Source of the DNA: a virus
IMG/VR virus record: IMGVR_UViG_3300045250_000069
Direction: 5' to 3' (one strand)
DNA length: 64,000 nucleotides
Shown: positions 1 to 10,157 of the stretch, piece after piece
Numbering within the stretch: the stretch's first letter is position 1
Layout of the letters: each line of letters opens with the position of its first letter
Made by a program: the position numbers and the translations under genes
The notes under the pieces: model-generated
Told to the model about the DNA's origin: nothing
Seen by the model: the letters and a program-made list of their open reading frames with translations, nothing else
Databases searched by the model: none

Positions 1-552
1 TACGAGCTCCTGCTCGTCGAGGAAGCGCAGCTGCTGAACGGCAACGGCACCGGCGCGAACCTGCGTGGTCTCCTCAACCGCACGGGCGTGCAGACCGCTA
101 CCGCAACGACCGCGACCCTCGCGGACGAACTGTTCAAGGCGCAGACCGCGGTGCAGACCGCGTCGGGTCTCACCGCAGACGCGGTGGTGCTCAACCCGGC
201 CGACTACCAGGTGCTGCGCCTCGCGAAGGATGCGAACGGCCAGTACTACGGCGGCGGCATGTTCCAGGGCCAGTACGGCAACGGCACGCTCACCGAGCAG
301 CCGCCCGTGTGGGGTCTGCGTACGGTCACGACGCCCGCGATTGCGCAGGGCACGGCCGTTGTGGGTGCGTTCCGTCAGGCCGCGACCATCTACCGCAAGG
401 GCGGCGTGCGCGTCGAGGCGACGAACTCGCACGACGACGACTTCACGAACAACCGCATCACGGTGCGCATCGAGGAGCGTCTCGCGCTCGCCGTGCGTCG
501 CCCGTCGGCGTTCGTGAAGGTCACGATCTCGGACGAGCCCGCCGAGGGCTAG
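1..552 (+). CDS. Major capsid protein (HK97 fold), C-terminal part, copy 1
   Basis: Identical to 3' part of 39573-40778; ends FTNNRITVRIEERLALAVRRPSAF. Confidence 0.93.
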   Translation, partial: YELLLVEEAQLLNGNGTGANLRGLLNRTGVQTATATTATLADELFKAQTAVQTASGLTADAVVLNPADYQVLRLAKDANGQYYGGGMFQGQYGNGTLTEQPPVWGLRTVTTPAIAQGTAVVGAFRQAATIYRKGGVRVEATNSHDDDFTNNRITVRIEERLALAVRRPSAFVKVTISDEPAEG

Positions 553-612
553 CCGATCCAGGTGCTGTGGGCGGGTTTCGGCTCGCCCACAGCACCGTAT
601 CGAGGAGTGGTC

Positions 613-795
613 ATGAAGAACTACACGGTGATGGTGCGGGGTATCCCGCACCGCATGCAGCTGGACGAAGAGCACGCGAAGCGGCTCGGCGCGGTACCGA
701 TCGAGGAAGCCGTAGCGCATTCGGTCGCGTCGCCGAAGCCGGTGCGTAAGGGCCGGGCTCCAGCGAACAAGAACCGCACGGTGGCAGACAAGTAG
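613..795 (+). CDS. Small basic head-associated protein
   Basis: GAGGAG RBS; ATG at 613; position after MCP. Confidence 0.65.
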   Translation: MKNYTVMVRGIPHRMQLDEEHAKRLGAVPIEEAVAHSVASPKPVRKGRAPANKNRTVADK

Positions 796-807
796 GGGGC
801 GCGGATC

Positions 808-1308
808 GTGGACTATGGCGACATGCTCACGGGCACTATCGATCCGATGGAGGCCGCTCAGGCCGCGATCCGCGACTACTGCGGCTGGCACGTCGCGCCG
901 CAAGTGCGCGAGACCATGATTCGCGACGGTAACGGCAGGCACCTGCTGAAGTTGAAGACGATGCGGATCGTCGAACTGCATCAGGTGCTCGTTGACGGCC
1001 GCGACGTGACGGAGCGTGTGCGATGGTCTGAGGCCGGCATGCTCGAGGGCGTCCGGTTCCCGAACCGGTTCCGATCGGTCGAGATCGACCTCACTCATGG
1101 ATTCGAGCCGGGCGAGGTCGGCGCGATCGCGGGTGTGCTGAGCCGGTCGGCGAAGCGGTTCGGCACAGACCCGACGTTGCGGTCGCAGGCGGTCGGTGGT
1201 GCGTCGGTGTCGTACCTCACGAGTGCCGGCGGTGGCGGTCTGTCGCATCTGCTCACTGCGGATGAGAAGGCAGACCTCGACGGCTACCGCCTCACTTGGG
1301 GGGTCTAA
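808..1308 (+). CDS. Head-tail adaptor
   Basis: Synteny; AIRDYCGWHVAP motif; C-terminal LDGYRL. Confidence 0.8.
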   Translation: MDYGDMLTGTIDPMEAAQAAIRDYCGWHVAPQVRETMIRDGNGRHLLKLKTMRIVELHQVLVDGRDVTERVRWSEAGMLEGVRFPNRFRSVEIDLTHGFEPGEVGAIAGVLSRSAKRFGTDPTLRSQAVGGASVSYLTSAGGGGLSHLLTADEKADLDGYRLTWGV

Positions 1309-1640
1309 TGGTCACGTATCTGCGCCCGACGAAGGCGCTTGATCCGTACTCGGGCCTACCGACCGGTCTCGATTGGATGAACCCGCAACGGGTCGATGCG
1401 CCGGCGGCGTTCATCCTCAACTCGAGCACGTCCGAGACGACCGACGGCCAGTCGGACAGTGCAACTGTCGGATGGGTGCTCTATATCCCCGAGGGGGAGG
1501 TTGAGCCGCATCCCGGCGACAAGGTCGAGCTCGACGGCGTCACGTTCGCGCAGAACGGTCGCCCGCTGCGGGAACGAAACCCGTTCACAGGGTGGGCGCC
1601 GTACGCGCAGGTCAGGCTCACGATGCAGGAGGGCGACTGA
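1308..1640 (+). CDS. Head-tail stopper
   Basis: TAATG coupling, beta-rich, synteny. Confidence 0.7.
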   Translation: MVTYLRPTKALDPYSGLPTGLDWMNPQRVDAPAAFILNSSTSETTDGQSDSATVGWVLYIPEGEVEPHPGDKVELDGVTFAQNGRPLRERNPFTGWAPYAQVRLTMQEGD

Positions 1641-1909
1641 TGGAGTTCAACGACGGGTTTTTCAAGGAGATCCTCGAGAGCGAGAAGGTCGGCGATCTGT
1701 GTGAGACGGCCGCGGATGCTGTGCATGGGATTGCGTACGCGAATGCGCCGGTCGAGTCTGGTGACTACCGCGACGGGTTGAAGGTGAAGCGGCAGCGCAG
1801 CGGAGACCGCGTTACCGCGCTTGTCGTCGGCGAGGACTGGAAAACTCTTCTCGTCGAGTCGCAGACCGGTAACCTCGCTCGCGCGGTGCGGGCGGTGAAG
1901 CGGCGATGA
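1640..1909 (+). CDS. Neck/tail-completion protein (HK97 gp10-like)
   Basis: APVESGDYRDGL motif, synteny. Confidence 0.7.
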   Translation: MEFNDGFFKEILESEKVGDLCETAADAVHGIAYANAPVESGDYRDGLKVKRQRSGDRVTALVVGEDWKTLLVESQTGNLARAVRAVKRR

Positions 1910-2334
1910 TCGTCGTCCATTCTGACCTGGAGCAGTGGCTGTGCGGATGGTTGCGTGGCCGACTCCCGGCGTTCGGCATCAACCCGTCATGGGTGTCGAA
2001 CGCGGAACGGTCGTCGACTGCCGGCGGCGCGCCAAACGCTCCTGGCGAGCTGCACATCATTATCCGAGTCGACGCCGGCCCAGAGGGCGACGTCGGCATG
2101 AAAGATTCCACGATCGGTGTGACCGTGATTGGCCCGAACCGTGCGGCATTGAAGCCGACCGGTGACGCCGCTCGCATGATCGTCGCACTGATTAAGGGCG
2201 AGACACCAGAAGCGGTGTCGCCCATCGCAAACGTACAGGTCACCAGCGGCCCGTACACTGTGCCGTCGAGTAACGACGAGGCCCGCTACTATGCGGTGCT
2301 CGAAGCGACCTCGGTCGGCACACAACACCAATAA
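1906..2334 (+). CDS. Tail terminator
   Basis: Synteny before major tail protein. Confidence 0.7.
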   Translation: MIVVHSDLEQWLCGWLRGRLPAFGINPSWVSNAERSSTAGGAPNAPGELHIIIRVDAGPEGDVGMKDSTIGVTVIGPNRAALKPTGDAARMIVALIKGETPEAVSPIANVQVTSGPYTVPSSNDEARYYAVLEATSVGTQHQ

Positions 2335-2362
2335 TCGGCCCCACGCGGGCTAAACGCCACCC

Positions 2363-2397
2363 ACCCACGGGTGGCGTTTGTCGTTTCCACAGAAAGG
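2363..2397 (+). terminator. Hairpin AAACGCCACCC/GGGTGGCGTTT with T-rich tail before major tail gene
   Basis: Inverted repeat followed by TGTCGTTT. Confidence 0.5.
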
Positions 2398-2404
2398 GAA
2401 GCAA

Positions 2405-2986
2405 ATGGCAGACGCACGGGGCCGTGATGTAAACGAGGCCCTCATCTACGTGACCGGGTTCGCGGGTATCGCGCCCGTCGAGCAGGAGAACGTGATCACT
2501 GCGGTGCAGCTCGGCGCCGACACTCTGACCGTACCCTCCGGCTTCAAGTACCTCGGTCTCCGCACCTCGGATGGCGGGCCGGAGCAGTCGCGAGAGGCGG
2601 GCGACGCGATCGAGTTCCTCGAGGATGGGTTCTCCATCAACGCGGACGGTTCGATCACGGTCGCGATGACGCTCGCGCAGTACAACGAGATCACCCGAGA
2701 ACTCTCCCTCGGCAGCGCGCCCGACGCGAACGGTGTCATCAAGGTCAAGGACACCACGAACTCGAACCAGTACATCGTGCTGCTCGAGTCGGTGTACAAG
2801 TCCGGTGCGATCAAGCGTGAGCACGGTGTCGTCCGGGTCTCCGAGATCTCGAATGGCAAGGACGAGCGAGGCACAGTGAACGGCATCGCCGTCACGTTCC
2901 AGTGGGTTCGCCATGAGCTGTTCGACAACTCCTACTACTGGGAGGCGTACGTCGAGGGCGAGACGACGGAGCCTGTCGAGCCGTAG
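2405..2986 (+). CDS. Major tail (tube) protein
   Basis: FKYLGLRTSDGG motif; GAAAGGGA RBS; synteny. Confidence 0.85.
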   Translation: MADARGRDVNEALIYVTGFAGIAPVEQENVITAVQLGADTLTVPSGFKYLGLRTSDGGPEQSREAGDAIEFLEDGFSINADGSITVAMTLAQYNEITRELSLGSAPDANGVIKVKDTTNSNQYIVLLESVYKSGAIKREHGVVRVSEISNGKDERGTVNGIAVTFQWVRHELFDNSYYWEAYVEGETTEPVEP

Positions 2987-3073
2987 CAGTACCGGCGCGG
3001 TCGGGAACGCTTCGGGGTCGTGCCCGGCCGCGCCTTTAACCCCGCAACCCCGTCACCCTGAAAGGAAACCGTT

Positions 3074-3457
3074 ATGGCTACTCGCAAGAATGCGCCTGCC
3101 GCCGCCGAGTTCGACGACTGGTCGGACGAGCGCGAGGCTGAGGTACTCGAATCCATCGCAGAGCAGACGCGCGTCAAGCATGTCATCACCGCGGAGAAGC
3201 AGTTCTACGGCCGATTCGTTGACGGTGAGATCATCGGCCCGATCCCGTTGAAGCTGTCGCTCGCGACGCTCGAGGCACTCGACGAAGCGGGTGAGGCGCC
3301 CGTCGACCAGATGTCCACGCTGTTCACTCTGCTCGGCATGGAGACTGAGGCAGAGTCGGTTCGGGAGCGAGACCTCGCTGAGGTGATGAGTCTCGCGGAG
3401 AAGTATTTCGGTGCGCTCAACAAGCTTACGAACGTGGTGGTCGGCTCGGGGAAATAG
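3074..3457 (+). CDS. Tail assembly chaperone (short form)
   Basis: Between tail tube and TMP; ends at slippery GGGGAAA-TAG. Confidence 0.85.
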   Translation: MATRKNAPAAAEFDDWSDEREAEVLESIAEQTRVKHVITAEKQFYGRFVDGEIIGPIPLKLSLATLEALDEAGEAPVDQMSTLFTLLGMETEAESVRERDLAEVMSLAEKYFGALNKLTNVVVGSGK

Positions 3458-3837
3458 CGTTCGTCGCCCAGGTCATGCACGACTATCCGGACGAGCTCGC
3501 AGTGACGCTGCGGGGCGAGTTCGGGGTGTCGGTCTATGACGTGGGCGACGCCGTCTCCCCAGGTGAGGCGTTCTCGCTCATCAAGGTCGCCTATCAGGAC
3601 CCGTCGACGCGGCTCGGCGCCGCGGTGCAGAAGTGGGAGTATCCCGCCTCAATGGTTGACCTCGTGCAGATCGCCGCAGCGACCGGAGACAAGAGCGACG
3701 AAGTCCTGCCGTGGAGCGCACGCCAGCGACTTGATGAGTTGGCGGACCGCAAGGTCACTGAATCCGATGTGGAGGCGGGCCGGGCACGGCTCGCGCAGGT
3801 ATCAGCGTTCCGGCGGATGCCGGACTTCGATGGGTAG
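3448..3837 (+). CDS. Tail assembly chaperone extension via -1 frameshift
   Basis: -1 frame open from GGGGAAA (3448-3454): GEIAFVAQVMHDYPDE... Confidence 0.8.
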   Translation, partial: GEIAFVAQVMHDYPDELAVTLRGEFGVSVYDVGDAVSPGEAFSLIKVAYQDPSTRLGAAVQKWEYPASMVDLVQIAAATGDKSDEVLPWSARQRLDELADRKVTESDVEAGRARLAQVSAFRRMPDFDG

Positions 3838-3846
3838 GAGGCTGCT

Positions 3847-6800
3847 GTGGCGGATTCGATGGTCGGACATGGCTACGTGCAGATCACGCCGTCGATGCGG
3901 GGATTCCGTAAGACGGTGAATCGTGAGGTGGAGGGGACTGCCGGCGAGGCCCGGCGGTCATTCTCCGCCCGCATGAAGTCGGCTGGCCGCGAGTCCGGGC
4001 AGTCGCTCGGTACGTCTCTGAAGCAGACGCTGACGGCGTCGGCTGGGGATCTTGGCGCGGGTGCGCTGAAGGGTCTCGAGTCGAACGTCGCGAAGGCTGC
4101 CGGAGCGCTCTCTACTGCCCGCCTGAAGCAGCAGGACGAGGCCGGCAAGGTTCGTGTCGCGGAGGCGAAACTCGCGGAAGCGATGAAGAAGTACCCGGAG
4201 GGTGCCTCACAGATCGTCGCCGCTGAGGAGCGTGTTGAGACGGCACGGCGGCGGCACAAGGACGCGACCGACAAGGTCACTGACGCCTCCGACAGACTAC
4301 GCACAGCGCAGGACCGGCTCAAGACCGCGACCGACCGCGTCGCGGATTCCGTCGACAAGGTGAAGCTCGGGTCGTTCGCGCAGCAGCTGCGCGACGGATG
4401 GAAGGACGCGCGCGTCGCGAACTCCCAGTTCTCGGGCGTCGCATCCTCGATCGGTGGCATCGCTCGCGCGGTGTCGAACGCGTCTGGGCTGTCGAAGCTG
4501 GGTGGCATCGCCCGAGCTGCAGCGCAGCGTACGTCGACGGCGTTCGGTTCGCTCGCGACGATGATCGGCGGCAAGCTCTCCGCAGGATGGACGGCCGCGT
4601 CGTCGTGGCTGTCGGGCGTAGCGGGTCGTGTCGGCGGATTCCTTGCCCCGGTGGGGCAGCTGTTCTCCAACCTCGGGACGAAGCTCGCGACGCCGTTCGT
4701 GAACCTCGGCACGAAGATCGCTGGACATCTGAAGCCGGTCACGGACTCGGTGAAGGCGTTCGCGTCGAAGCTGCCTGGCCCGATGGGCAGCGCAGCTTCC
4801 GGTATCGGGTCGACCCTCGCATCTGGCCTGTCCGGCCTCGTCGGCAAGATTGGCACAGTCGGGCGGGACCTCGGCGCGCGGTTCGCTTCCTCCGTGCAGT
4901 CGGCGGCGACCGCTGGCGTCGCTGGTGTCGCTGCTGCTGTAGGCGCGGCTCTCGCGGGCGGTATGGGGCGACTCACGTCGCTCGACGAGTCGATCGCGAA
5001 GATGAAGGGCCTCGGATTCGCGTCCGAGGACATCGAGAAGGCGATGCAGATCGCCAACGATGCCGCGGTCGGCACGTCATTCGCGATGAACGATCTCGCG
5101 TCGGCTGCGGCAATGGCGATGACGGCCGGGATTAAGCCGGGCGAGCAGCTTGTCGGCTACCTCGATTCGATCAAGGGCGCGGCGACGGCGTCGGGTGCGC
5201 CGGTGCAGGAGATCGCGTCGATCTTCGGCAAGGTTGCGACCGCTGGCACCGCGTACACGACGGAGATTCAGCAGCTCGCGGACCGTCAGATCCCGATTTG
5301 GGGCGAACTCGCCGAGGTCATGGGGGTGCCTGCGGCCGAGGTGAAGAAGCTCGCGTCGGAAGGCAAGATCGACCTCGTCACGTTCCAGACCGCGGTCACG
5401 AACGCGACCGGCGGCATGGCCGAAGAGATGGGCAAGACTCTGCCAGCGAAGATCGCGAACACGCGGTCGGCGTTCTCCCGGCTCGGCATGGCGCTGCTCG
5501 GCACGAAGATGGAGGGCGACGAGCTCGTCGGCGGCTTGTTCCCGGCGTTCAAGTCGTTCTTCGACATGGTGCGCACGGGCGTCGACGCGGTGACCGCGCT
5601 CATTGGCCCGTTCTTTGAGAAGTGGACGACGTCGGGTGGCGGGAAGCTCGTAGAGCTGTTCGATTCGCTGACCGAGAAGTTCACGAGCTTCAAGGAAACC
5701 GTGTCGGACGGTGGCGGGCTGGATGCCCTCGGCGGGCAGGCGACGAACCTTGCTGCGGTGCTTGCGCCGGTCGGTGCGGCGCTTGCTGCAATCGGTATCG
5801 GTGGTCTAGCTCCGCTGCTGGCGCGCATCCCGGTGCTGGGTGGGATGCTCGGTGGCCTCGGCGGCGCGTTCGCGTTCCTCGGCGGCCCGATCGGGATCGC
5901 GGCGGCGGCGATCGCCGCGTTCATGGCCACGGGCGCCGACTCCAGCGCTCTCGTGTCCGGGTTGACGGGAATCATCGATTCGGTGCTCGCCATGCTCCCG
6001 GGCTTGATCGACACGGTCGTGAAGGTCATCCCCGGCATCGTCGACGGCATCCTGAAGGCTGTGCCGGAGCTGCTGACGGCGGCGACCGGCATCGTGCAGG
6101 GGCTGATCGGCGGCATCGTGAAGGCGACGCCGCTGCTCGCCAAGGGCTGGGTGCTGCTGCTGAACGGCCTGATCAACGCGGTCGTGCAGAACCTGCCAAT
6201 GATCATCCAGGCCGCGGTGACGCTCGTCACGACCCTGATACAGGGGATCGTGCAGGCGCTGCCACTGTTGATCCAGGGCTCCATATCGCTCATCACTGGC
6301 CTGATTCAGGGCATCGTCACGAACCTGCCCATGATCATCGAGGCCGCGATTCAGCTGGTCATGTCGCTGATCGAGGGCATCATCTCGATGCTGCCGACGC
6401 TGATCGAGGCGGCGATCTCGCTCGTGACCACGCTGATCACAGCGATCGCAGAGAACCTGCCTCTGATCATCGAGGCCGGTATCGGGCTACTCCTCGCCCT
6501 CGTGACGGGCCTGCTCGACGCACTGCCTGAGCTGATAACCGCGGTGCTCGAGCTGATTCCCGCGATCGTGACGACCCTGCTGGAGAACCTGCCACAACTG
6601 GTGTCGGCGGCGTTAGAGATGATCCTGGCGATTGCTGGCGGGCTGATTCAGGCGATCCCGGAGCTGGTCGCGGCGATCCCGGAGATCATCGCGGCCGTGT
6701 TCACCGCATTCACTGAGGTCGATTGGCTGTCGCTTGGTGGCGACATCATCGCGGGCATCGTCGAAGGCATTGTGAATGCCGGCGGGCAAATCTGGGATGC

Positions 6801-7173
6801 GCTGCTCGAGATCGTCGGTGACGCCTGGCAGGGAGTCAAGGACTTCTTCGGAATCGCTTCACCGTCACGGCTCATGCGCGACACGATCGGTAAGCAGATC
6901 CCGGCGGGTCTCGCGGTCGGTATCAAGCAGGGCGCGAGCGAGTCGACGAATGCCGCTTTGGCGATGTCGAAGCAGGTCGCGTCGGCTGCGCAGACCGCAG
7001 CCACGTATTCCTCGAGCGTGGACGTGCAACGCACCGACACGGGCCTCGCGGTCACGGATGCAGCGGGCCTCACGGTCAACTTCACCGTGAATGGCGAGAA
7101 GGGTCAGGATGTTGACGAGCTCGTCGACATCATCATGCAACGTCTGGGTGGCGTAAGCCGGAGGTTCCGATGA
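3847..7173 (+). CDS. Tape measure protein (1108 aa)
   Basis: Long Ala/Gly-rich ORF, tape-measure core, amphipathic repeats. Confidence 0.95.
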   Translation: MADSMVGHGYVQITPSMRGFRKTVNREVEGTAGEARRSFSARMKSAGRESGQSLGTSLKQTLTASAGDLGAGALKGLESNVAKAAGALSTARLKQQDEAGKVRVAEAKLAEAMKKYPEGASQIVAAEERVETARRRHKDATDKVTDASDRLRTAQDRLKTATDRVADSVDKVKLGSFAQQLRDGWKDARVANSQFSGVASSIGGIARAVSNASGLSKLGGIARAAAQRTSTAFGSLATMIGGKLSAGWTAASSWLSGVAGRVGGFLAPVGQLFSNLGTKLATPFVNLGTKIAGHLKPVTDSVKAFASKLPGPMGSAASGIGSTLASGLSGLVGKIGTVGRDLGARFASSVQSAATAGVAGVAAAVGAALAGGMGRLTSLDESIAKMKGLGFASEDIEKAMQIANDAAVGTSFAMNDLASAAAMAMTAGIKPGEQLVGYLDSIKGAATASGAPVQEIASIFGKVATAGTAYTTEIQQLADRQIPIWGELAEVMGVPAAEVKKLASEGKIDLVTFQTAVTNATGGMAEEMGKTLPAKIANTRSAFSRLGMALLGTKMEGDELVGGLFPAFKSFFDMVRTGVDAVTALIGPFFEKWTTSGGGKLVELFDSLTEKFTSFKETVSDGGGLDALGGQATNLAAVLAPVGAALAAIGIGGLAPLLARIPVLGGMLGGLGGAFAFLGGPIGIAAAAIAAFMATGADSSALVSGLTGIIDSVLAMLPGLIDTVVKVIPGIVDGILKAVPELLTAATGIVQGLIGGIVKATPLLAKGWVLLLNGLINAVVQNLPMIIQAAVTLVTTLIQGIVQALPLLIQGSISLITGLIQGIVTNLPMIIEAAIQLVMSLIEGIISMLPTLIEAAISLVTTLITAIAENLPLIIEAGIGLLLALVTGLLDALPELITAVLELIPAIVTTLLENLPQLVSAALEMILAIAGGLIQAIPELVAAIPEIIAAVFTAFTEVDWLSLGGDIIAGIVEGIVNAGGQIWDALLEIVGDAWQGVKDFFGIASPSRLMRDTIGKQIPAGLAVGIKQGASESTNAALAMSKQVASAAQTAATYSSSVDVQRTDTGLAVTDAAGLTVNFTVNGEKGQDVDELVDIIMQRLGGVSRRFR

Positions 7174-7937
7174 GCAGTGGTGTGCGGGTCGAGTACGGCG
7201 GGATCATGTTCCGGGGGAAGGGCTACACAGCAGTCCCTGGGGACAAAACGTTCGGTATTGCTCGTAGTGGCCTGCAGGGGTTTGATGCTCCTGCAGGCCG
7301 CCGCGGCGAGGACATCGCACGACCGGGGGACGGAAGCTTCGCGCTGGCGACTCATGCGGGCGCCGCGATCCGCTCGATCTCGGGTATCGCCGTCGCCAAC
7401 TCGCATCGCGAATTGATGGTGATGCGTGACGATTTCGCGGGGCTCGCGTCGGCCGATCTGCGACCGATGGTCTACTGGGTTGAGGGCATCCCTCGGAGCA
7501 CGGACGCTCAGGTGTGGGACCAGCCAACATGGGAGTGGGACCCGCGGGATCGCCACGCGAAGTTCCAGCTGATGCTGCGCTGCCCGTGGCCGTTCTGGCT
7601 TGGTGACGCGCACGCGCAGGAGCTCTCGACGGGGCTCGAGTTGGTGAATCGTGGGACGGCGAATGCGTGGCCCGTGATCAGGATTACGGGCCCGGTATCG
7701 ACGGCGTTTTCGATCACGGTCGGGGGCCGGAAGGTTCGCGTGGATCGCACGCTCACCGCGACACAGTGGGTTGAGATTACGACTCGTACGGGTGTCGCTC
7801 GGACGAACGCGGGGGAGCTGTTGCTGTCGGAAGTGACGGGGCTGATGCCGTACCTGCCGCCCGGAGTTTCGACGGTGGTGTTGTCGAACATTACCGCGCC
7901 GCGCGTCAAGTTTTCGTGGTCTGACACATACGTGTAG
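7170..7937 (+). CDS. Distal tail protein (Dit-like)
   Basis: First gene after TMP; LRCPWPFW and NRGTANAWP motifs. Confidence 0.8.
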   Translation: MSSGVRVEYGGIMFRGKGYTAVPGDKTFGIARSGLQGFDAPAGRRGEDIARPGDGSFALATHAGAAIRSISGIAVANSHRELMVMRDDFAGLASADLRPMVYWVEGIPRSTDAQVWDQPTWEWDPRDRHAKFQLMLRCPWPFWLGDAHAQELSTGLELVNRGTANAWPVIRITGPVSTAFSITVGGRKVRVDRTLTATQWVEITTRTGVARTNAGELLLSEVTGLMPYLPPGVSTVVLSNITAPRVKFSWSDTYV

Positions 7938-7945
7938 GGGGATGC

Positions 7946-9130
7946 ATGGCTTGGCGAATCGTGGCCGCTGACGCAGTGACTCGGAAAGTGTTTTATGACC
8001 TGACGAACGTCGCCACCGCGTCGTACTCGGCGGTGCTGAACGGCGCCGGGTCGGTGGACGTGACGATCCAAACCCGGGATGCGCTCACGCCCGTACCGGT
8101 GGAAGTGCTGCAGCTGTTGCGGCGTCGACAGAAGGCGACCGTGATCATCGTCGGATGGGTGCAGTCGTCTGGTGAGACGTACGCGGTCGCGGACGCACTG
8201 ATCGACACGTCATCGTGGAATCCTGGCACGGGCGTGCTGACGGTCTCGGGGGAGTCCGTGTGGTCTCTCATGGGCGAACGGATGATGTATCCGATGTGGG
8301 CGCGCGAGGTGATCGCGGGCGGCGGCACCGGAACGTTCTTCGTGGACTCCACGATCGAGGATGCGATGTGGTGGATCGTGGCCGCGTCGATCGGGCTCGG
8401 CAAAGAGATCTACCGCAACGGCGAGCTGATTTACGCGCCGACCGGGAATCATCACCGGCATCAGGATTTTCGGTGGTCGTCATCGACGGCGACGCAGTCT
8501 CGCCGGTGGGAGTTCCCGTACCGTGAACGCACCGCGCTCGAGATCCTCGAGGAGTTCCTCGGCTATGACGGTGCACCGGATGTCGCGCTCCAGCCACGCA
8601 TCGTGGATGAGGAGATCTATTGGCTGGTGCACACGAAGGTGGACATGCTGCGGTGGGAATCCGAGCTCGTGCATGATCGCGCTCCTGGTTTTCAGTCGCG
8701 GGTGACCGACCTGCAGATCGTGAAGGACGGCGTGCGCGGAACCACGTCACTGCTGAAAGTCGGCGGCGGTTCGGGCAAGTCGATGCAGTCCACGGCCGCC
8801 GTGTTCCAAGACATCGGCATCTCGGTGGAGGATCTTGACGGTCTCACTCGCGAGCGGATCACGTCAGCGAAGCAAGCGGACGATAATCCGCGGTTGCGGC
8901 GTCTCGCGGTCGCGGAACTCCGCGAAAACTATTCCGACATTGAGCAATGGTCGTTCGGTGTGCGCTGCGACGGCGAAGTTCCCCCGTCGCTGTTTATGCC
9001 TGGGGCTGGGGTGCGGTTGCAGTACGGCGGCGACGAACTCTATTCCGCGAAAGAGCACCTGTTTCAGATCCTCGGGGTGAGCGGTTCGACCGATTCCACG
9101 CAGCTCAGATTGGACATCCAGAATGCCTAA
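7946..9130 (+). CDS. Baseplate hub / Tal-like minor tail protein
   Basis: Synteny; YSAVLNGAGS N-terminal motif. Confidence 0.75.
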   Translation: MAWRIVAADAVTRKVFYDLTNVATASYSAVLNGAGSVDVTIQTRDALTPVPVEVLQLLRRRQKATVIIVGWVQSSGETYAVADALIDTSSWNPGTGVLTVSGESVWSLMGERMMYPMWAREVIAGGGTGTFFVDSTIEDAMWWIVAASIGLGKEIYRNGELIYAPTGNHHRHQDFRWSSSTATQSRRWEFPYRERTALEILEEFLGYDGAPDVALQPRIVDEEIYWLVHTKVDMLRWESELVHDRAPGFQSRVTDLQIVKDGVRGTTSLLKVGGGSGKSMQSTAAVFQDIGISVEDLDGLTRERITSAKQADDNPRLRRLAVAELRENYSDIEQWSFGVRCDGEVPPSLFMPGAGVRLQYGGDELYSAKEHLFQILGVSGSTDSTQLRLDIQNA

Positions 9131-10157
9131 AGAGAACCTGCGCCGAGATGATGATGGCGGGATTGGTGACCTGTCGAAACAGATCAAAGACCTCCAGACC
9201 GCGAACCCGCTCGAGAACGGATCAGTCGACACTGGCACGCTCACGATCCGTTCAAGCCAGGACGGGCTCGTGATCGAGGCGGGCGGGCAATTCCTCGCGA
9301 AGGACGGCGCGACCATCCTCATTGAGGCGCTGCTGCGAGTGACGGGGCAAACCCAACTCGGGGACACATGGACCAATCAACTCATCTCGAACGGCAACCT
9401 GTTCGCGAACGGCCAGCTTGCGGTCGAGGGCAAAACCTATTTGAACGACATCCTCGACGTGGATGGGACCACCGACCTCCGTGGCCGAGTGAATTTTCGC
9501 AACGATCTGTACGCACTCGAGCTTCCAGAGGCGTCGTCTCCAACGTCGATGAACATCGTGCTGGTCGATGATGGCGGAAAGTTCTATCGGGGCCCGAAGT
9601 ATTCGTCTGGTGGTACGGGTGGCTCGGATAACCCGACTTCGCCTGGCGGGTTGGGTGAGGGCCCGGCTGCGCCGTTTTCGTATCAGGCGTTTTCGATTGG
9701 AAATGGGTCGGGCGAGGCAGACTTCGGGACTCGGAACACCGCGAAGGGCTGGCATGACGGGCTCGACTTCGCGTATGACGGCGCCGGGTACGGTGCTGCG
9801 GTGAGGTCGGTCGCGACTGGCACGGTCGTGAACTCGTCCTATGCGAATCATTCTGATGCCGGCCCCTACCCTGTGTGCATTGATCATGGGCCGCTCGAGG
9901 CTGGATCGCACGCGGGGAGGCGACTCTATTCGGTGTATTGGCACATGCTGGACCGCACGGTGTCGGTCGGCGATTCGGTGACGGCAGACACGGTGATCGG
10001 GCATGTCGGCGCGTACGGCAATGTCACGGGGCCGCACCTGCACCTCGAGCTGCATCTGGATTCGCTGCACTCGAATTGGCCGGTGCTTGGCCTTGATTCG
10101 TCGACTGGTGCGCAGGATCCTGTTCCGATTTTTAATGAGTATGGGGGCTGGCGGTAA
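9123..10157 (+). CDS. Minor tail protein with C-terminal M23 peptidase
   Basis: HxxxD (WHDGLD) and HxH (GPHLHLE) motifs. Confidence 0.85.
   Translation: MPKENLRRDDDGGIGDLSKQIKDLQTANPLENGSVDTGTLTIRSSQDGLVIEAGGQFLAKDGATILIEALLRVTGQTQLGDTWTNQLISNGNLFANGQLAVEGKTYLNDILDVDGTTDLRGRVNFRNDLYALELPEASSPTSMNIVLVDDGGKFYRGPKYSSGGTGGSDNPTSPGGLGEGPAAPFSYQAFSIGNGSGEADFGTRNTAKGWHDGLDFAYDGAGYGAAVRSVATGTVVNSSYANHSDAGPYPVCIDHGPLEAGSHAGRRLYSVYWHMLDRTVSVGDSVTADTVIGHVGAYGNVTGPHLHLELHLDSLHSNWPVLGLDSSTGAQDPVPIFNEYGGWR

Noticed and set aside
3873-6296. Long antisense ORFs opposite the TMP (also 9252-10307, 11302-12963, 37160-38293, 39315-41474, 60993-61940, 62591-63613)
   Set aside because: Shadow frames typical of high-GC DNA; no RBS or motifs; they overlap well-supported genes
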